A stretch of DNA of 64,000 nt from the human T2T-CHM13v2.0 reference genome, Homo sapiens. A model generated the notes under the pieces. The model was not told the origin of the DNA. It did no database searches and saw nothing but the letters and a program-made list of their open reading frames with translations. Position 1 is the first letter of the stretch, and every line of letters begins with the position of its first letter. Below are positions 17,208-38,512 of this stretch, piece after piece. Where the stretch lies: NCBI RefSeq assembly GCF_009914755.1, contig NC_060935.1; one strand, given 5' to 3'. The position numbers were made by a program, and so were the translations under genes.

Positions 17208-18329
17208 TACTGATTTCATTTCCTTTAAACATATATGCAGTAGGGATTGCTGGATCATATGTTAGCTCTATTTTTAGCTTTTTAAGGAATCTCTGTACTG
17301 TTTTGCATAAGGCTGCAATAGCTTACGTTCCCACCAACAGTACACAAGGGTTCCCATTTCCTCACATTCTCCCCAACAGTTGTGATCTTTCATCTTCTTG
17401 ATAATAGCAATTCTATCGAGTACGAGGTGGTATTTTGGTTTTAATTTGCCTTTTCTTGATAATGAGTACTGTTGAGCATTAGGAAAAAAAAAACCCTTAG
17501 TTATTTATATGTCTTCTTTTGCGAAATGTCTATTCAGGATGGCGGTGGGAAGCTAGCTGCAGCCGGCTGGGGAGGGGGTGTCTGCACACCAGAGAGTAGT
17601 GTGCTGGATGATTCTGGCACCCGGAATAGCCTCCTCCTCCTCCCACTGCCTAGACCTGGAGAAGCCCCTTCTCATCCTTCTCACCCATCCCCTTGTGGCA
17701 GGGCAAGTGGGCTGAGCTGCCCCATGCTTGCACAGCCCAGAGCCCGAACCTGCAGGACAAGTGCTGCAGAGTGAACTTCACCTCCTTTCCAGGGCTCACG
17801 TGTGAGCCACTACCCTAGGTTGTGTTGATGTCTTATTGCTGTTTCTCCAAAACTGTAATAAGACCATTTTTCTACTTATCATTCCTGTTTACACTGGACT
17901 AGTACTTTTAATTTCCTTCAAAATTTTTTCATTGCACTGAAATCTGTTTTTGTATTGACATCCTGACTCCAGACTTGCCTTTCCAAATCTAGATAAGCAT
18001 AGTGACCATTCCCCATAACCAAGATCCCTTTCTCACTGTTGCCTCTCTCCTGACATACCTGCTGCCGTATTCCCTACTCTTCCCCCTCCTCAAGAAAATA
18101 AATAAATAAAAAATAAAATAAAAAAAGCAAAACAAAACTACAAACAAAAAATAGCTTACTCAAGGAATTAGGTAGGTAGGGAATGATGGATCACATTGGA
18201 GTCTGGGATTAAAAACACACACAAAAAGAAAAAAGTTAAAATGCACTTGTTTTCTCTACACTGGCTAAGAATATTGCTCTACAGTATAAATTTTAATGTC
18301 ATGTGTCTGAATGTAGTGTGCATTTGAGT

Positions 18330-21300
18330 AGCATTGTGTGTGAGTGGCTCCACAAGTACCTTCTAGTGCAGCCCCTCAGTTTAAAGAAGAAAGTGGGGGG
18401 AAAAAGAAACTCCAGAAAGCTTTAATGTTCTTGAGTGATTCCTTTACCTAATGAGCATGGTTTTAACAACTGGAGATGAGCCTACTTTGGAAACAGCCCC
18501 TCTTACCCCATATTTATTCTTAGGGCACCCCTTTATCCACTCCATGCCCATTATGTCTCATTCTCAAGTGGCAATGAGTTAACTAGAAATTTAAATATTT
18601 TCTGTAACTTTACACTTAGATTATGCTTTGTTATGAATTTTTACACCCTTCTTCTCTTAAAGATGCAGAATTGGGCTTTAAAAAAAATTATTGGATCAAA
18701 TAAGCCCTTCCCCTTCCACTTGTCTCTCGGGAATGTGAGCTGATGGTTCTTAAGATGTTGAGTTTTGTTTACTATTCACTGCTCTTTAGCCAGGAATTCT
18801 CTAGTGATCAGAAGCAATGCAACTGAAGACCAGTTTTTAAATTATGTGTTGACATGTTACCTTATATTTAAAAAGGAAAAAAAATTAGCTGGCTTATATT
18901 ATGCCAGATGTCAGTAACATGAAGTCCTAATTTATTGTTCTCAGTTGTTTTCCTACCTAATGTGAACTTCCGTGTCCCTGAGCCCTCAGGAGTACCTACA
19001 GCTTATGGTGCAATGTCTTCTCCCAAAGTGTTGGCCACCATTTCACCCAAGGCCCTCTTCCAATTCTTGCTTATCTGAGTCAGATTTAGAGAGTACCACT
19101 GTCTCCCCTTATCCCTTACTTCATCTCCAAACCACATACTCGTGCTATACTTTTCTTCTCAGTACCTCTCCCTGAATGATGAGCTGCCATTTTAGGAAAT
19201 TGGACCAGATACCAATTTGGGAGCTTTCAGTCAAACAGCCTCAAACCCATGTCTTCCTATGAAGAGGTGCAAGTCTCTGAAGCTCTCACTCACCCCTGTA
19301 GTCTGTGTAGAAAATGTACTGTAATCCCCCTGGCCCCCTACTGTCATTGCCTTTGGTGTGAGATGTTCCCTATTTCCTAGTTTAGTTTGAGTCCCTCTCT
19401 CCTCTGCTAGCCAACACCCATCCAGCAATAAGGAACCAAGCGACAGCCTCCTATTCACACTCCCTGCCCCCTTTCCACACTACCCTAGGGAATACCTGGA
19501 TTGCCCCACTCTGTCCACATACTGTAGCATTCATTCTCTATCATCCTCTCACCTGTGGTGGTTTATGGATGTGATAGAGTTTTTAAGATTACTACAAACT
19601 AGTAAAGAGGAAAAGCAACTCAAAGAGAGAGAAAGAGAGAAAGAAAGAAAGATCTGTTCAGGGTCTTTGCCCATTTTTAATTTGGATTATTTGTTTTCTT
19701 GCTATTAAGTTTATTATTATTTTAAAAATTAACCCCTTATCAGATGTATGGTTTGCAAATATTTTCTTCCATTCCATAGGTTGCCTCTTCATCCTGTTGA
19801 TTGTTTCTTTGCTGTATAAGACTGTTTTAGTTTGATGTAATCCCATTTGTCTATTTTGCCCTTCATTATCTGTGCTTTAGGGATTCTATCCAAAAATCAT
19901 TGCCACAACTAATATCACAAAGCTTTTCTCCCATGTTTTGTCCTAGTGGTTTTGTAGTCTCAGGTCTTACATTTAGGTCTTTAAACCATCTGGGGTTGAG
20001 TTTTGTATGTGGTGTGAGATAAAGTCTAATTTCAATTTTCTGCATGTGGATATGCAGTTTTTTTCAACAGCATTTATTAAAGAGACTGTCTATTCCCCAT
20101 TCACGTGTTCTTGACAACTTTGTCAAAATCAATCATCTTAAATGCATGGATTTATTTCTGGACGTTCTATTCTGTTCCATTGTTTCATGTTTCTGTTTTG
20201 ATGGTAGTACAATCCTGTTTTCATTACTATTGCTACATAGTACATTTTGAAATTAGGTAGTGTGATATCTCCAGCTTTATTCTTGTTGCTCATGATCGAT
20301 TTTGCTCTTAAGGATCTTTTGTGATAACATATACATTTTTTGGTGTGTTATATTTCTTTGAAGAATGTCATTGGTATTTACATAGGAATTGCATTGAATC
20401 TGTAAATCACTTGGGGCATTGTTGTCATTTTGACAGTATTAATTTTTGCAATCTATAAATAATAAATAGCTTTCTATTTATTTGTGTTTTCTTCACTTTT
20501 TTCATATATGTTTCATAATTTTCACTATATAAGTCTTTTACCACGTTATTTACATTTACTCTTAAGTATTTATTTTTTGTAGCTTATGCAAACAGGATTT
20601 TTTTCTTTGTCAGGTCTTTCATTGCTAGTGTATGGAAACACTACTGATTTGTGTATGTTCATTTTGTATCTTGCCACATTACGGAATTTGTTTAGTAGTT
20701 TTAACCTAGTTTGCTGCAGTCTTTAGGATTTTTTACATATAAGACCATGCTATATGCAAACAGGGACATATTTAGCTACTTCCTTTCCAATTTGGATGCT
20801 TTTTATTTTTTTCTCTTGCCTAATTGCTCTGAGTAGAACTTCCATTAATGCACTGAATAGAAGTAGTGAGAGTGAGCATCCTTGTCTTGTTCTTAATCTT
20901 AGAAATATGTTTTTCACATTTCACCATTAAGTGTAATGTTAGCGGTGGATTTATCATAAATGGTCTTTATTGTATGAGCTACATTCCTTCTATACCTCAT
21001 TTGTTGAGAGTTCATAATCAGGAAATCATGGTGAACTCTATCAAATGCTTTTTCTGCTTCTATCAAGTATCATATGGATTTTGTTGTTTATTCTGTTGAT
21101 GTGGTATTTCACATTTATAGATCTGTATGTTGAATTATCTTTGCAACCCTACGTTAAAGCCCACTGTATCATGATGAATGAACTTTTTGACATGCTGTTG
21201 GGATTAGTTTGTTAGTATTAATATTTATTGATGCACCTATGTTCATTAGTGCTATTGCCTAATATTTTCATTTGTTGAAGTGTCCCTATCTTTGGTATCA

Positions 21301-23488
21301 GGATTATGCTTGCCTTGTAAAATAACTTTGGAAGTATTCCCTCTTCTTCAATTTTTTGGAAGGCTTTTAGATTGGATTGACATGAGTTCTTCTTTAAATA
21401 TTTGGTGAAATTCAGCAGTGAAGCCATAAGGTCCTGGGCTTTCCTTTAATGGAATATTTTTTATTACTAATTTAACCACCTTACTCATTATTGGTCTGTT
21501 TAGATTTTCAATTTCTTCATCTTGGTGGGGTTTATGTATCTAGGAATTTACCCATTTATTGTAGATTATCCAATTTGTTGGCATATAATTTGTCATAATA
21601 GTCTCTTCTGATTTTTTTGTGATGTAAGTTGTGATGTCTCCTTTTTGTTTATGATTAACTTTTTTTTTCCCCCTTAGTCTGGATAAAGGTTTGTGAATCT
21701 TATTTAACTTTTGGAAAGATCAAATTTCAGGGTTTTTTTTTTTCATTGTTTTCATAGTTTCTATTTAATTTACCTGCCCCAACCTTTATTTATTCCTTCA
21801 TTCTATTACCTTTGGACTTAGTTTATTCTTTTTATACCTCCTTGAAGTGTAACATTAAGTTGTTTAAGATCTTTCTTCTTTTTCAGTGTGAAAGTTTTGA
21901 GGCATCTAACAAGTTTTGGTATTTTGAGTTTCCATTTTTGCTGTTCTCAACATATTTTTAAATTTCCATTTTAATTTCCTCTTTAATCCATCTGTTGTTC
22001 AGAAGCATGCTGTTTAATTTTCATGTATTTGTGAGTTTTCTAAAAAATTTTCCTGTTATTAATTTCTAGTTTCATGTCATTGTGATCTGGAATGATAAAT
22101 GGTATGATTTCAGTCTTCTTAAATTTATTATGACATGCCTTGTGTCCTAATATTTGTTCTCTAGCATTTCCTGTAAGACAGCTCTGATGGTAATAAACTC
22201 CCTTAATTTTTGTTTTTCTGGCAAAGATTTTAATCTTTCCATTACTTGCAAAAAACAGATTTTCCCGAGAATCGTATTTTTGGTTGACACTTTTTTTTTC
22301 TATAGAACATTGAATATATCATTCCATGCTCTCAGCCTATAAGTTTCTCCTCAAAAATCTGCTATTAGCCTTCTTGGAACTCCCTTATATATTATTTGCT
22401 TGTTTTCTCATTTATTTCCAGAATCTTCCTTTTCTTTGATTTTTGACAGTTTAATTAAAATATTTCTTGTACTCTTGATGGGACTGAATCATATCAAACA
22501 TCTTCAATATTCCTATACCTGTATATTTCTCTTTCCCCAGACTTGGAAAGTATTCTGTTATTATTTCATCATATAAGATTTCTTTCCCTATGTGTTTCTC
22601 TTCTCTTTCTGGGACACACATGATGTGTGCATTGGTTCTCATACTGATGTTCTATAATTGCCATAGGATGTCTTTATTTTTTCTCATTTTTTTCCTTTTG
22701 TGTCTCTGACAGTAAATTCAAATGATGTGTCTTTGAGTTTATTGATTCTTTATTCTACTTGATCAAATCTGCTTTCAAAGAAGTCTATGAAATTTTCAGT
22801 TGAACCATTGTGTCCTTTATGTCCAGAATGTCTCTTTTTTAATGATTTCTTTCTGTTTGTTGAACTTTCTATTTTGTTCATGTATTATTTCTCTGATTCT
22901 TTTTAGTCATCTATCTGTGTTCTCTTGAAGCTCACTGAGCATTTTAAAGACCATTATTTTAAATTCACTGTCAGAAAGTTCATAAATCTTTATTTTTGGG
23001 GGTCAGCTATTGGGTATTCTTTTTTTTCCTCTGGTGGTATCATTTTTCTCTTATATTTCTTGATTTTTAGGCTGTGCATTGGTGTCTGCACATTTGAAAA
23101 ACAAGAAAGTTATTCCAGTCTTTGCATACTGGCTTTGTCTGGAAAAACCTTTCCCCAGTCATCCAGCAATTCTTGGTAGGGTGTCTGTTGTGGTGTGCAG
23201 GTGAACTTGTTGCTGAAGTCTTCAGGCAGGCTGGCCTGGTGTCTGTGTCAGCAGGTGGTAGGCTTGGTTCCTGGGTCTGTAGAGTTGGGCCTGAATCCTA
23301 TATCCACTGGCTGGATATTTTCATTGGGTATGTGGGGATGAACATAAAGCCTATGTCTATCAGGGCAGGCATACAGCCTGTACCAGTAGGGGCTGGAATG
23401 AAGCCCATGTCTACAGGGGCTGACATGGCTCTGATGTGGGCATTGAACCTGTGTCTACAAGGGCTGGCTAGGTTGTGGAATGGGCCTA
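18330..23488 (+). repeat. Segmental duplication, copy 1 (paired with 58207-63355)
   Basis: Colinear, near-identical sequence from AGCATTGTGTGTGAGTGGCTCCACAAGTACC to GGTTGTGGAATGGGCCTA; duplicated ORFs in the track (18972 vs 58848, 23122 vs 62989). Confidence 0.97.
19652..23488 (-). mobile_element. Old L1 (L1M), internally deleted
   Basis: Minus ORFs KETINRMKRQPMEWKKIFANH (ORF2) and IMCVPEREEK...ITEYFPSL (ORF1). Confidence 0.85.
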
Positions 23489-24691
23489 ATTAAGGACATT
23501 AATATGAACGAAGCATCCCAGAGATCCTTGACACATTGTGAGAATACACAGAGGGAGCATCTCCACCAGCCTCCCACAGACACTCAGCCATGCAGTCCCC
23601 ATTCCCTGCCATGAGCAACAGTTTCAAGGCTTCACAGGGGTTCAAAGATGGCCAGCTTATTGCCACTCTTTGTAGTATGAAGTATACCAAAAAATAAAGA
23701 TAGATCAAAACATTGATAATATAATGGCTTTAAAATCTGTGTATTTTATAAATGTATGCTTACAACCACAAAAATGCCATGCAATACTGTTGTTCTACTC
23801 ACAAGATCAGTACAGGAATTATAAAGCATTGATTCAGGGTTGACTTCTGCCAGCATGTAACTAATGGTGAATGTGTTCTCTTCATTCTGCCTGAGTTTCA
23901 ATGGGTGATATCATTGGTGATACAGCTGGAATCTCATATTTGGGACCCTTTTTGAAAGTGGGGCCATGCCTAAATTGTATCCTAGGTGTCTACTCCACCA
24001 TGACCCCCTGAAGGACCTGTGGTTTCCCAAAGGTTGGAAGAAGATTCAGGGCTAAGCAGTTGGAGAGACCTAGAATCAGAGATCTCTCACACAGACTGAA
24101 AACCCCAAAACTGATTAGCATAACCTCAGCACCAGTAAAACCAGAATTCATTGCTTCCATTCAGAGATCCCATGTTTGTGCCAGAATCCAAGCTGCAATG
24201 AGTGTTTCGGGAAGTCACTTATGACTAATACTGAGTATGATGGGACTGATATCAGAGCTGAGCTAGGCCCAGAGGGCCCAGAAGCAGTGACACAGAAGGC
24301 TAAACCTTTCAGTTTTGATCCATAGATTAGCTACATCAGAGAAGTGGACTTGGAGAATCCCCTGCTGGAGTCTTGCAGAGTAACCACTCTGTCAGATAGC
24401 ATGTGTTTCTGGGAGGAAGTCATAGGGGTCTAGTTCCGCCTTATACCCCTGCACACCATAAGCATGGGCTGAGATCTAGAGAGAGTCCAGAGCTGGTCTG
24501 AAAGGCTGATGCAAAGGAGTCTGCTCTGGAACTGAGGTATTCTAAGAACTTGGCTATCTCAGCAGCCCTACAGATGGGAGAGGAGCCCACAGATGGGAGA
24601 GGAAGCTATTCTCCTGGCCAAGGTCCTGAGACAGTTTGACAGAAGCCTAGGCAGACTTGAGGCCGACTGCAGCTAGCACTGGCACTCGAAA

Positions 24692-26395
24692 TGAAACCTC
24701 CCCTGTAGTCCCATGGATAGTTTTTTGTATAAACATAGAAATTGACCATTCTGGTCTTAAAGCTTGAAACTTTTATTTGTTTTCTATGAGTTTCATCCTT
24801 GGTAAAGGACCCCTAGGTCCCTCAAAAAGTATAAAAGAACTGAAATTCACCAGATGATTCCATCCAGATGATGGCACACCAGACCCCTCATACATTATGA
24901 TTGCTTCCTTAGGTCTCCTGAGTTCCTGTTTTTCTACACATGGTTACATTTCCTCCCTGCTATGTAAACTCATAATTTTAGCTGGTCAGGGAGATGGATT
25001 TGACACTGAACTACCATCTCCTCTCCTACAGCATCTGATTCAGCCTTCTCCCTTGGCAAGAATTGTTGATATGAATTGGTTTTCTGTGCAGTGAGCAGCT
25101 GGAGCTAGACCACACCCCTGGTGTTTCACTAACAGATTTTGATTCCCCAACCAGGAACACTTTGGCTCAGCTACCATGGGCGGGGAATCTCAAAGTCCTC
25201 CTAAGCAGCTGCTTACCCAATTTTGGCTAGAGATGAGTACCCTCTCTCTAGGGCCAGCCACAGCTGGCCCCAACCATGTTCCTGATTGCCTTGGGAGAAC
25301 TGCCTTTGAAATTTGATATTTGCATCCAGATAGGTGACTCTCCTCTGTGGGCCCAGACAGAAAGATCTCCTCCTCACAGTTTGGGAAATTTTTAAAGGAA
25401 TTTCCACTTGCAGGTTGAACAAGCCCAATTGATGAAGAGAGGGAAGTACCCTGACTATTTCAGTACGGCCACTCTTAGGAGCTTGTTTGTCATTGTGTGT
25501 GTATCCAGGCAAGTGAGTGTCATTTGTGGGAACCAGAGAGTGGGATCTGCTCCTCTCCATCTGAGAAATTCTGAAGGAATTTTTATTTCAGGTCGATTGA
25601 GCCCAACCAATGGAGAGAGGAAGCACCACAACTCTTTCACATTGTAGACTTTTGGGGCTTGTTTGATGCTGCAGCAGTTGGATTGTGTTTTAGTAATTGT
25701 TTGCATGTGTCTGATACAGTCATGGGAAATTCGAATTTGATAAACTGGTACTCTTTTGTGACACTGTTTGGCTCCAGTATAGTTTGGAATCTGGAGTTTG
25801 CTGTTGAATGGGAAAGTGGGATTTTGTGCTGCTGTTTTAAGCAGGGTCGGGCCAGGTTAATATGTGATGATCTCATGCGGTGCCGTTTTTGACCCCAGTG
25901 TTTTGGGAGTATAGGGAGTTTTGGCCTTTAAAAATCAAACTGCCACAGAAACTCATTTTATTTAAAATTTGTTTCACAGCCTTCCCTGGATTACCTATCA
26001 AGGCTAACAAAGTTCAGCCATGTGGACATGTTTGCAGACAGTTGAGACTGTATTACTATCTCATGGCTAGAGTTCCAAGGTAAAAGCTTTTGGATCTTTG
26101 TGTGTATATACATCTAGATGTGTTTATGTGTATGCACATGTATTACATTATATGTTGTGACTACCAAATTGGCTTATACATAAAAGAACACTCCTAGATT
26201 AAGTAAATAAGTCCAAAGTATTTTTTACATTCACGTTACTTAAGTAAATTTTTAAGAAGCTAGCATTAAAATTATTGTAAGATAAAAATAGAAATGTCTT
26301 CAGAATTGTCAGCATACATTTTTTCGGGGTTTTATGTTTGTCTCTGCTAGATATTTTGGGGCATCAGAGTGTGGCACAGAAAGTTATAAAACTAT
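24692..26395 (+). mobile_element. ERV1-class (MER4-group) LTR, 24692-~25134, plus adjacent internal sequence
   Basis: TGAAACC...AACATAGAAATTGACC...TAACA, followed by degenerate tRNA-Glu-like PBS TGATTCCCCAACCAGGAA and AT-rich internal sequence. Confidence 0.6.
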
Positions 26396-26399
26396 AACC

Positions 26400-26627
26400 A
26401 GTAGTTTGAGACCAGTCTGAAAAACGAAGACCCCCCCCGCCCCACCATCTCTATAACATAAAAATAAGACAATTAGCCAGGCACATTGATTCATGCCTGC
26501 AGCTAGTCAGGAGACTGAGGTGAGAGGATGCTTGAGCCTGAAAGGTCAAGGTTGCAGTGACTCATGATCCAGCCACTGCACTCCAGCCTGGGTGACAGAG
26601 TGAGACCCTGTCAAAAAAGAAAAAGAT
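26400..26627 (+). mobile_element. Partial old Alu (AluJ-like)
   Basis: GTTTGAGACCAGTCTG...CCACTGCACTCCAGCCTGGGTGACAGAGTGAGACCCTGTC plus A tail. Confidence 0.8.
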
Positions 26628-28143
26628 AAGAGGCAGAGAATGACAATGGGGCACAGGAGCATTGCAGAGAAACTAGGGGAACAGTTGTAATTGTTAATAC
26701 GATGGTCAGAGGAGGCCTCATTGAGCAAGTGGCTTTAAGGTGAAGATTTAAAGAGGGTAATAAGGTTTTCTATAGGTATAATGAGAAAACAGAATGCAAG
26801 CAGAAGAAAAAGGACAGCAAAGTGCCTGAAGCAGAGAAGGCAAAGAGATTGAAGTCAGGGACATGACTGGAGGGATGTCAGGGAGGTGACTGGATTCTAA
26901 GTCATGGAGAACTTAGAGGGCTGTTATAAGACTTTTATATATCTTTCTCTGAATGAGATTGGGAGTGACAGCAGGACTTGCACAACGAATAACAAAATGT
27001 GGCTTTTGTTTTAAAAGGAGTGTTCTGGTTTTACATAGAGAAAAGACTAAAGACATTCTCCAACCAGAAAAGACTGCCAAGAACTCTGAAGCATCTAAAA
27101 GTTTACAGGGGCACAGATGCAGAAATGCTGGCAGATGACACAAGCTTCCAGGTAAAGGCAGGATTTTATATGCCTTCAACAGGCAGAATGATTTATATGT
27201 TTGTGTCAGTCATCTTTGCTCCACAAGTCCTACAGAGGAAATACAGGAAGGCAGATTAATGTCACAAATTCAATAGATGTGTGTTGCAGCAAAACTGCCT
27301 TCTGCTTCAGAAGAAAGCAGTATCTCCAGCTTCCAAGCTGTACTCTTTACAAACATCCTTGAAAGGATAGGAGCAAAGGCTGTCAATGTCTCTGCTCCTA
27401 AGACATGCAGAAATGTGAGAGGCCATGAAGACTTTTCTCCCAACCAGAATGAGCAGAATGTCATAATGGATTGGATGTAAAGTGGGAGGGGAAAAGATAC
27501 TTAAGAATAATTCCAAGAGTTTTTATTTGAATAGGTGAAAAGGTGGAGTTGCCATCAACTTAATTGAGAAAGACTACAGGTGAAGTAGGCTGGGTGGAGA
27601 GGGTGGATAAGGAGTTTGATCTGAGACATAATGAGTTTGAGATGGCTATTGGGTGGAATCCAAGAGATATCAAACAGGCTATTGGATACATATGTCTTGA
27701 GTTTGGAAAAGAGTTTTAATAGTAATATAAATGTATTAGTCATTGGCAAGCAGATTGATTTTAAAGCCATGGGAACAGATGTGATTACTAGGGAGTAAGT
27801 GTGGATACAAATGAAGGCCAATGATTGAACTCTAAAGTGATGCAAAATTAAGAAGTTGGGGAGAAAAGAAGGGTCCACAGAGGAGACTGAGAAATAACCA
27901 GTGAAGTTAAAGGAAAAGAAGAGAGTGTGTTTTCTCGGAAACCAAGTGAAGAAAGTCTTAAAGAATGATCTATTAAGAACAGAAGCAATAATTGACCACT
28001 GGATTTAATAACATAGAGATCACTGATGGATTTAAAAAATGTTTCAGTAAAATGGTAGCAGCAAAAACCCAGTTAGATAAGATTAGGGGGAGGATTGGAA
28101 ATAGCATTTGTAGACAATCCTTTCAATGAATTTTGCTACAGAG

Positions 28144-28568
28144 TGTTAAAGCAAACTAAATATGGTCTGAGAAGGACTCTGTGCTTCATTTGAGCCCTTG
28201 TGGGTGTAGAGTAACCTAGCTTAATAGACAAAATTGAAAACCTAATTTAGGAGTCTGCACCTGTAACAATATTTGAATGCTGGCCAGTCCCAGCAGCCTT
28301 ACATCACCACTCATAGACTGCTGAATGCTCAAACTGTGTTTAAATAAGGCAAACGCCCAGGTGACAGAAATCTCACTGTTTCTGTAACTCATTTCCGGTT
28401 CCTGGATGTCACTTTAACTTTTTTTCCCTATAAATTTATTTTGACCACAAGGCACCCCTGGAAACTCTGTGAATCTGCTGTGATTCTGAAGGCTGCTGGA
28501 TCGATGAATTGTTCATTGCTCAACTAATCTCCTTTAAATTTAAGTCAGCTGAAGTTTTTATTTTATCA
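28144..28568 (+). mobile_element. MER57-like ERV1 LTR (internal sequence continues to ~29310)
   Basis: TGTTAAAGCAAACTAAATATGGTCTGAGAAGGACTC start, TTTTATCA end; degenerate tRNA-Leu PBS TTGTGTCAGAAGCAGAAT follows (consensus TGGTGTCAGAAGTGGGAT). Confidence 0.75.
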
Positions 28569-28569
28569 G

Positions 28570-28693
28570 ATTGTGTCAGAAGCAGAATCTGAAGTGGAGC
28601 TTCTAGTATCCCCAGGAGCACTGAGTAAACACAGAAGGTACCTGCGGGATCCACTTGTGTCCACTGATCTCTCAGAGCAGCTGAGGATCAAAG
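28570..28693 (+). other. Putative upstream exon of the GLYATL1-family gene, exonised from the ERV leader
   Basis: Acceptor TTTTATCAG|, strong donor AAG|GTAAG at 28693/28694; translation SEVELLVSPG...DP...DLSE resembles the N-terminal extension I recall for the long GLYATL1 isoform. Confidence 0.65.
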
Positions 28694-29911
28694 GTAAGCT
28701 CCCTCTTGCATTTTGGAGCTTCACACATTTGTGTTTTGAGCTCTCTGAGTTTCCTTGTGCAAATTTGTGATCCAAACTGGTTTTGGAGTTGCAACAGAAA
28801 ATGGACTGGGTCTAGGAATGAATTTGATCTGGGAATTAACTGGCTTGGATCCACTTAGAGGCCACTAACAGTAGAGGCCACTAACAGCTGACTGGGTCAT
28901 AAAGGAAGTGGTAGTAAGCAGTAATGTCGCAGCAGTCATAAAATTCGGCTTTGGGAAATTCACAGGGATTTTTGTGTTCTACCCATTTGTTTCATTTTTC
29001 TTGTGTACCTAGATAGGAAAATTCATTGGTTAAGTTAATCAAAAGAACCTGAGAGTAAAGTCAGTATTTTATGTAAAACTGGAATCCTTAATTTCTGAAA
29101 AACTGAGTTCTTTCTGGCTTATACATTAGGACTGGAAGGCAGAGAAGTCTTACACAAATGGCAAAATCTTACTAAAGATAACTTAGAGTGGAACATTCCA
29201 AATGAAAAACAATGCATTGAACTACATTTAAAAATGAGGGCTCTCAGTAAAGTCCCTTTTGGCTAAGAACCGGTTTGGCACTATAGAATGTCAACTGTTA
29301 TACTCTTTGGCACATTTGTAAGAATTCCAAGTGTTATTTCAAAGGAAATTTACAGATATGTTTCCAAATTTTCTATGCTTTTTTCTTATTTTTGTAATGA
29401 AACTGGGAAAAATTTCAAAATGGTTATAGATCTGAAATATTTGGCCCTAAGAAACTAAAGAAAATCTTTGCCAACTCCTGCTCTGAGGTTTCCAGTCACA
29501 ACTGTTCTTAGATATTTCCTATTCCAGAAGAAAGAAGACTCTTCAGGCATCTGATGACCAAAATAAAAGAAACATTATGATGGTGGTGGTGGAGTGTTCT
29601 GCTACAGGCATGTGGGAGGCTCACAGAACTCTTAATATTCACTTTTAATTCATTCCACCAGAGAGGAAATGCATGGGTTTTGGATAGGACTCTGTCATTT
29701 ATCCCTGTAAGAACTTGAGAAATTTATTTAGTCTCTCTAAGCTTTGGCGTATTCAAAATGAAGACGATACTAACAGTACCTACATCATGAGTGTTACTTG
29801 AATGGAGATGTGTAAAGTGCATTTTAATTTCATCTGGTCCTTTAACATTTTCCCTTCACTTCTCTTCAGAGTTTTTTCTTGAAGGGCTCGAGGACTGAAG
29901 CATCCCACAAA

Positions 29912-38149
<8,238 letters not shown>

Positions 38150-38396
38150 ACAATGAAGCTGCTTAGCAATCTTGGGCAAGCCATCTCTTAATATTAAAGC
38201 AGACACCACAGAATAGCTTTCTTCACTTACAAATGTTGATTGGGCATTTATGATATGGCAGGAACTCCTTCTCACATGGAGACCTGATGTTAAAGGACAC
38301 AGCCATGCTCTTGAGGAGCTTACAATCCAAGCTGGAGGCAGGGGAGGGTATAGTCTTTAAATATGCTTAAGTGTTGTAGGGAAGGACAGAGTTACC

Positions 38397-38512
38397 AATA
38401 AACATGTAACTAGAAAGCCAGGCTCAGTTCTTACCTCTGGGAATCAGAACTCTTTATGCAACTTGATTGATAGAATCTACTATCTGGAAGATAATTGAAG
38501 AACTTTAATAAA
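38397..38512 (+). terminator. Candidate polyadenylation signals AATAAA (38397-38402, 38507-38512)
   Basis: Canonical hexamers 250-360 nt after the stop codon. Confidence 0.5.

Larger units (their letters stand above)
13830..17540 (-). mobile_element. Old L1 (L1MA/MB) 3' end, split by Tigger1
   Basis: Antisense L1 3'UTR motifs; the text ...GTTTAACATA|CTGATTTCATTTCC... is contiguous across the Tigger. Confidence 0.75.

Noticed and set aside
23122-23493. 123-aa ORF conserved with 62989-63390
   Set aside because: Antisense to L1 5' sequence; the conservation reflects only the recent duplication.
28570-28590. tRNA-Leu-like sequence
   Set aside because: Only a degenerate retroviral primer-binding site; there is no tRNA body.
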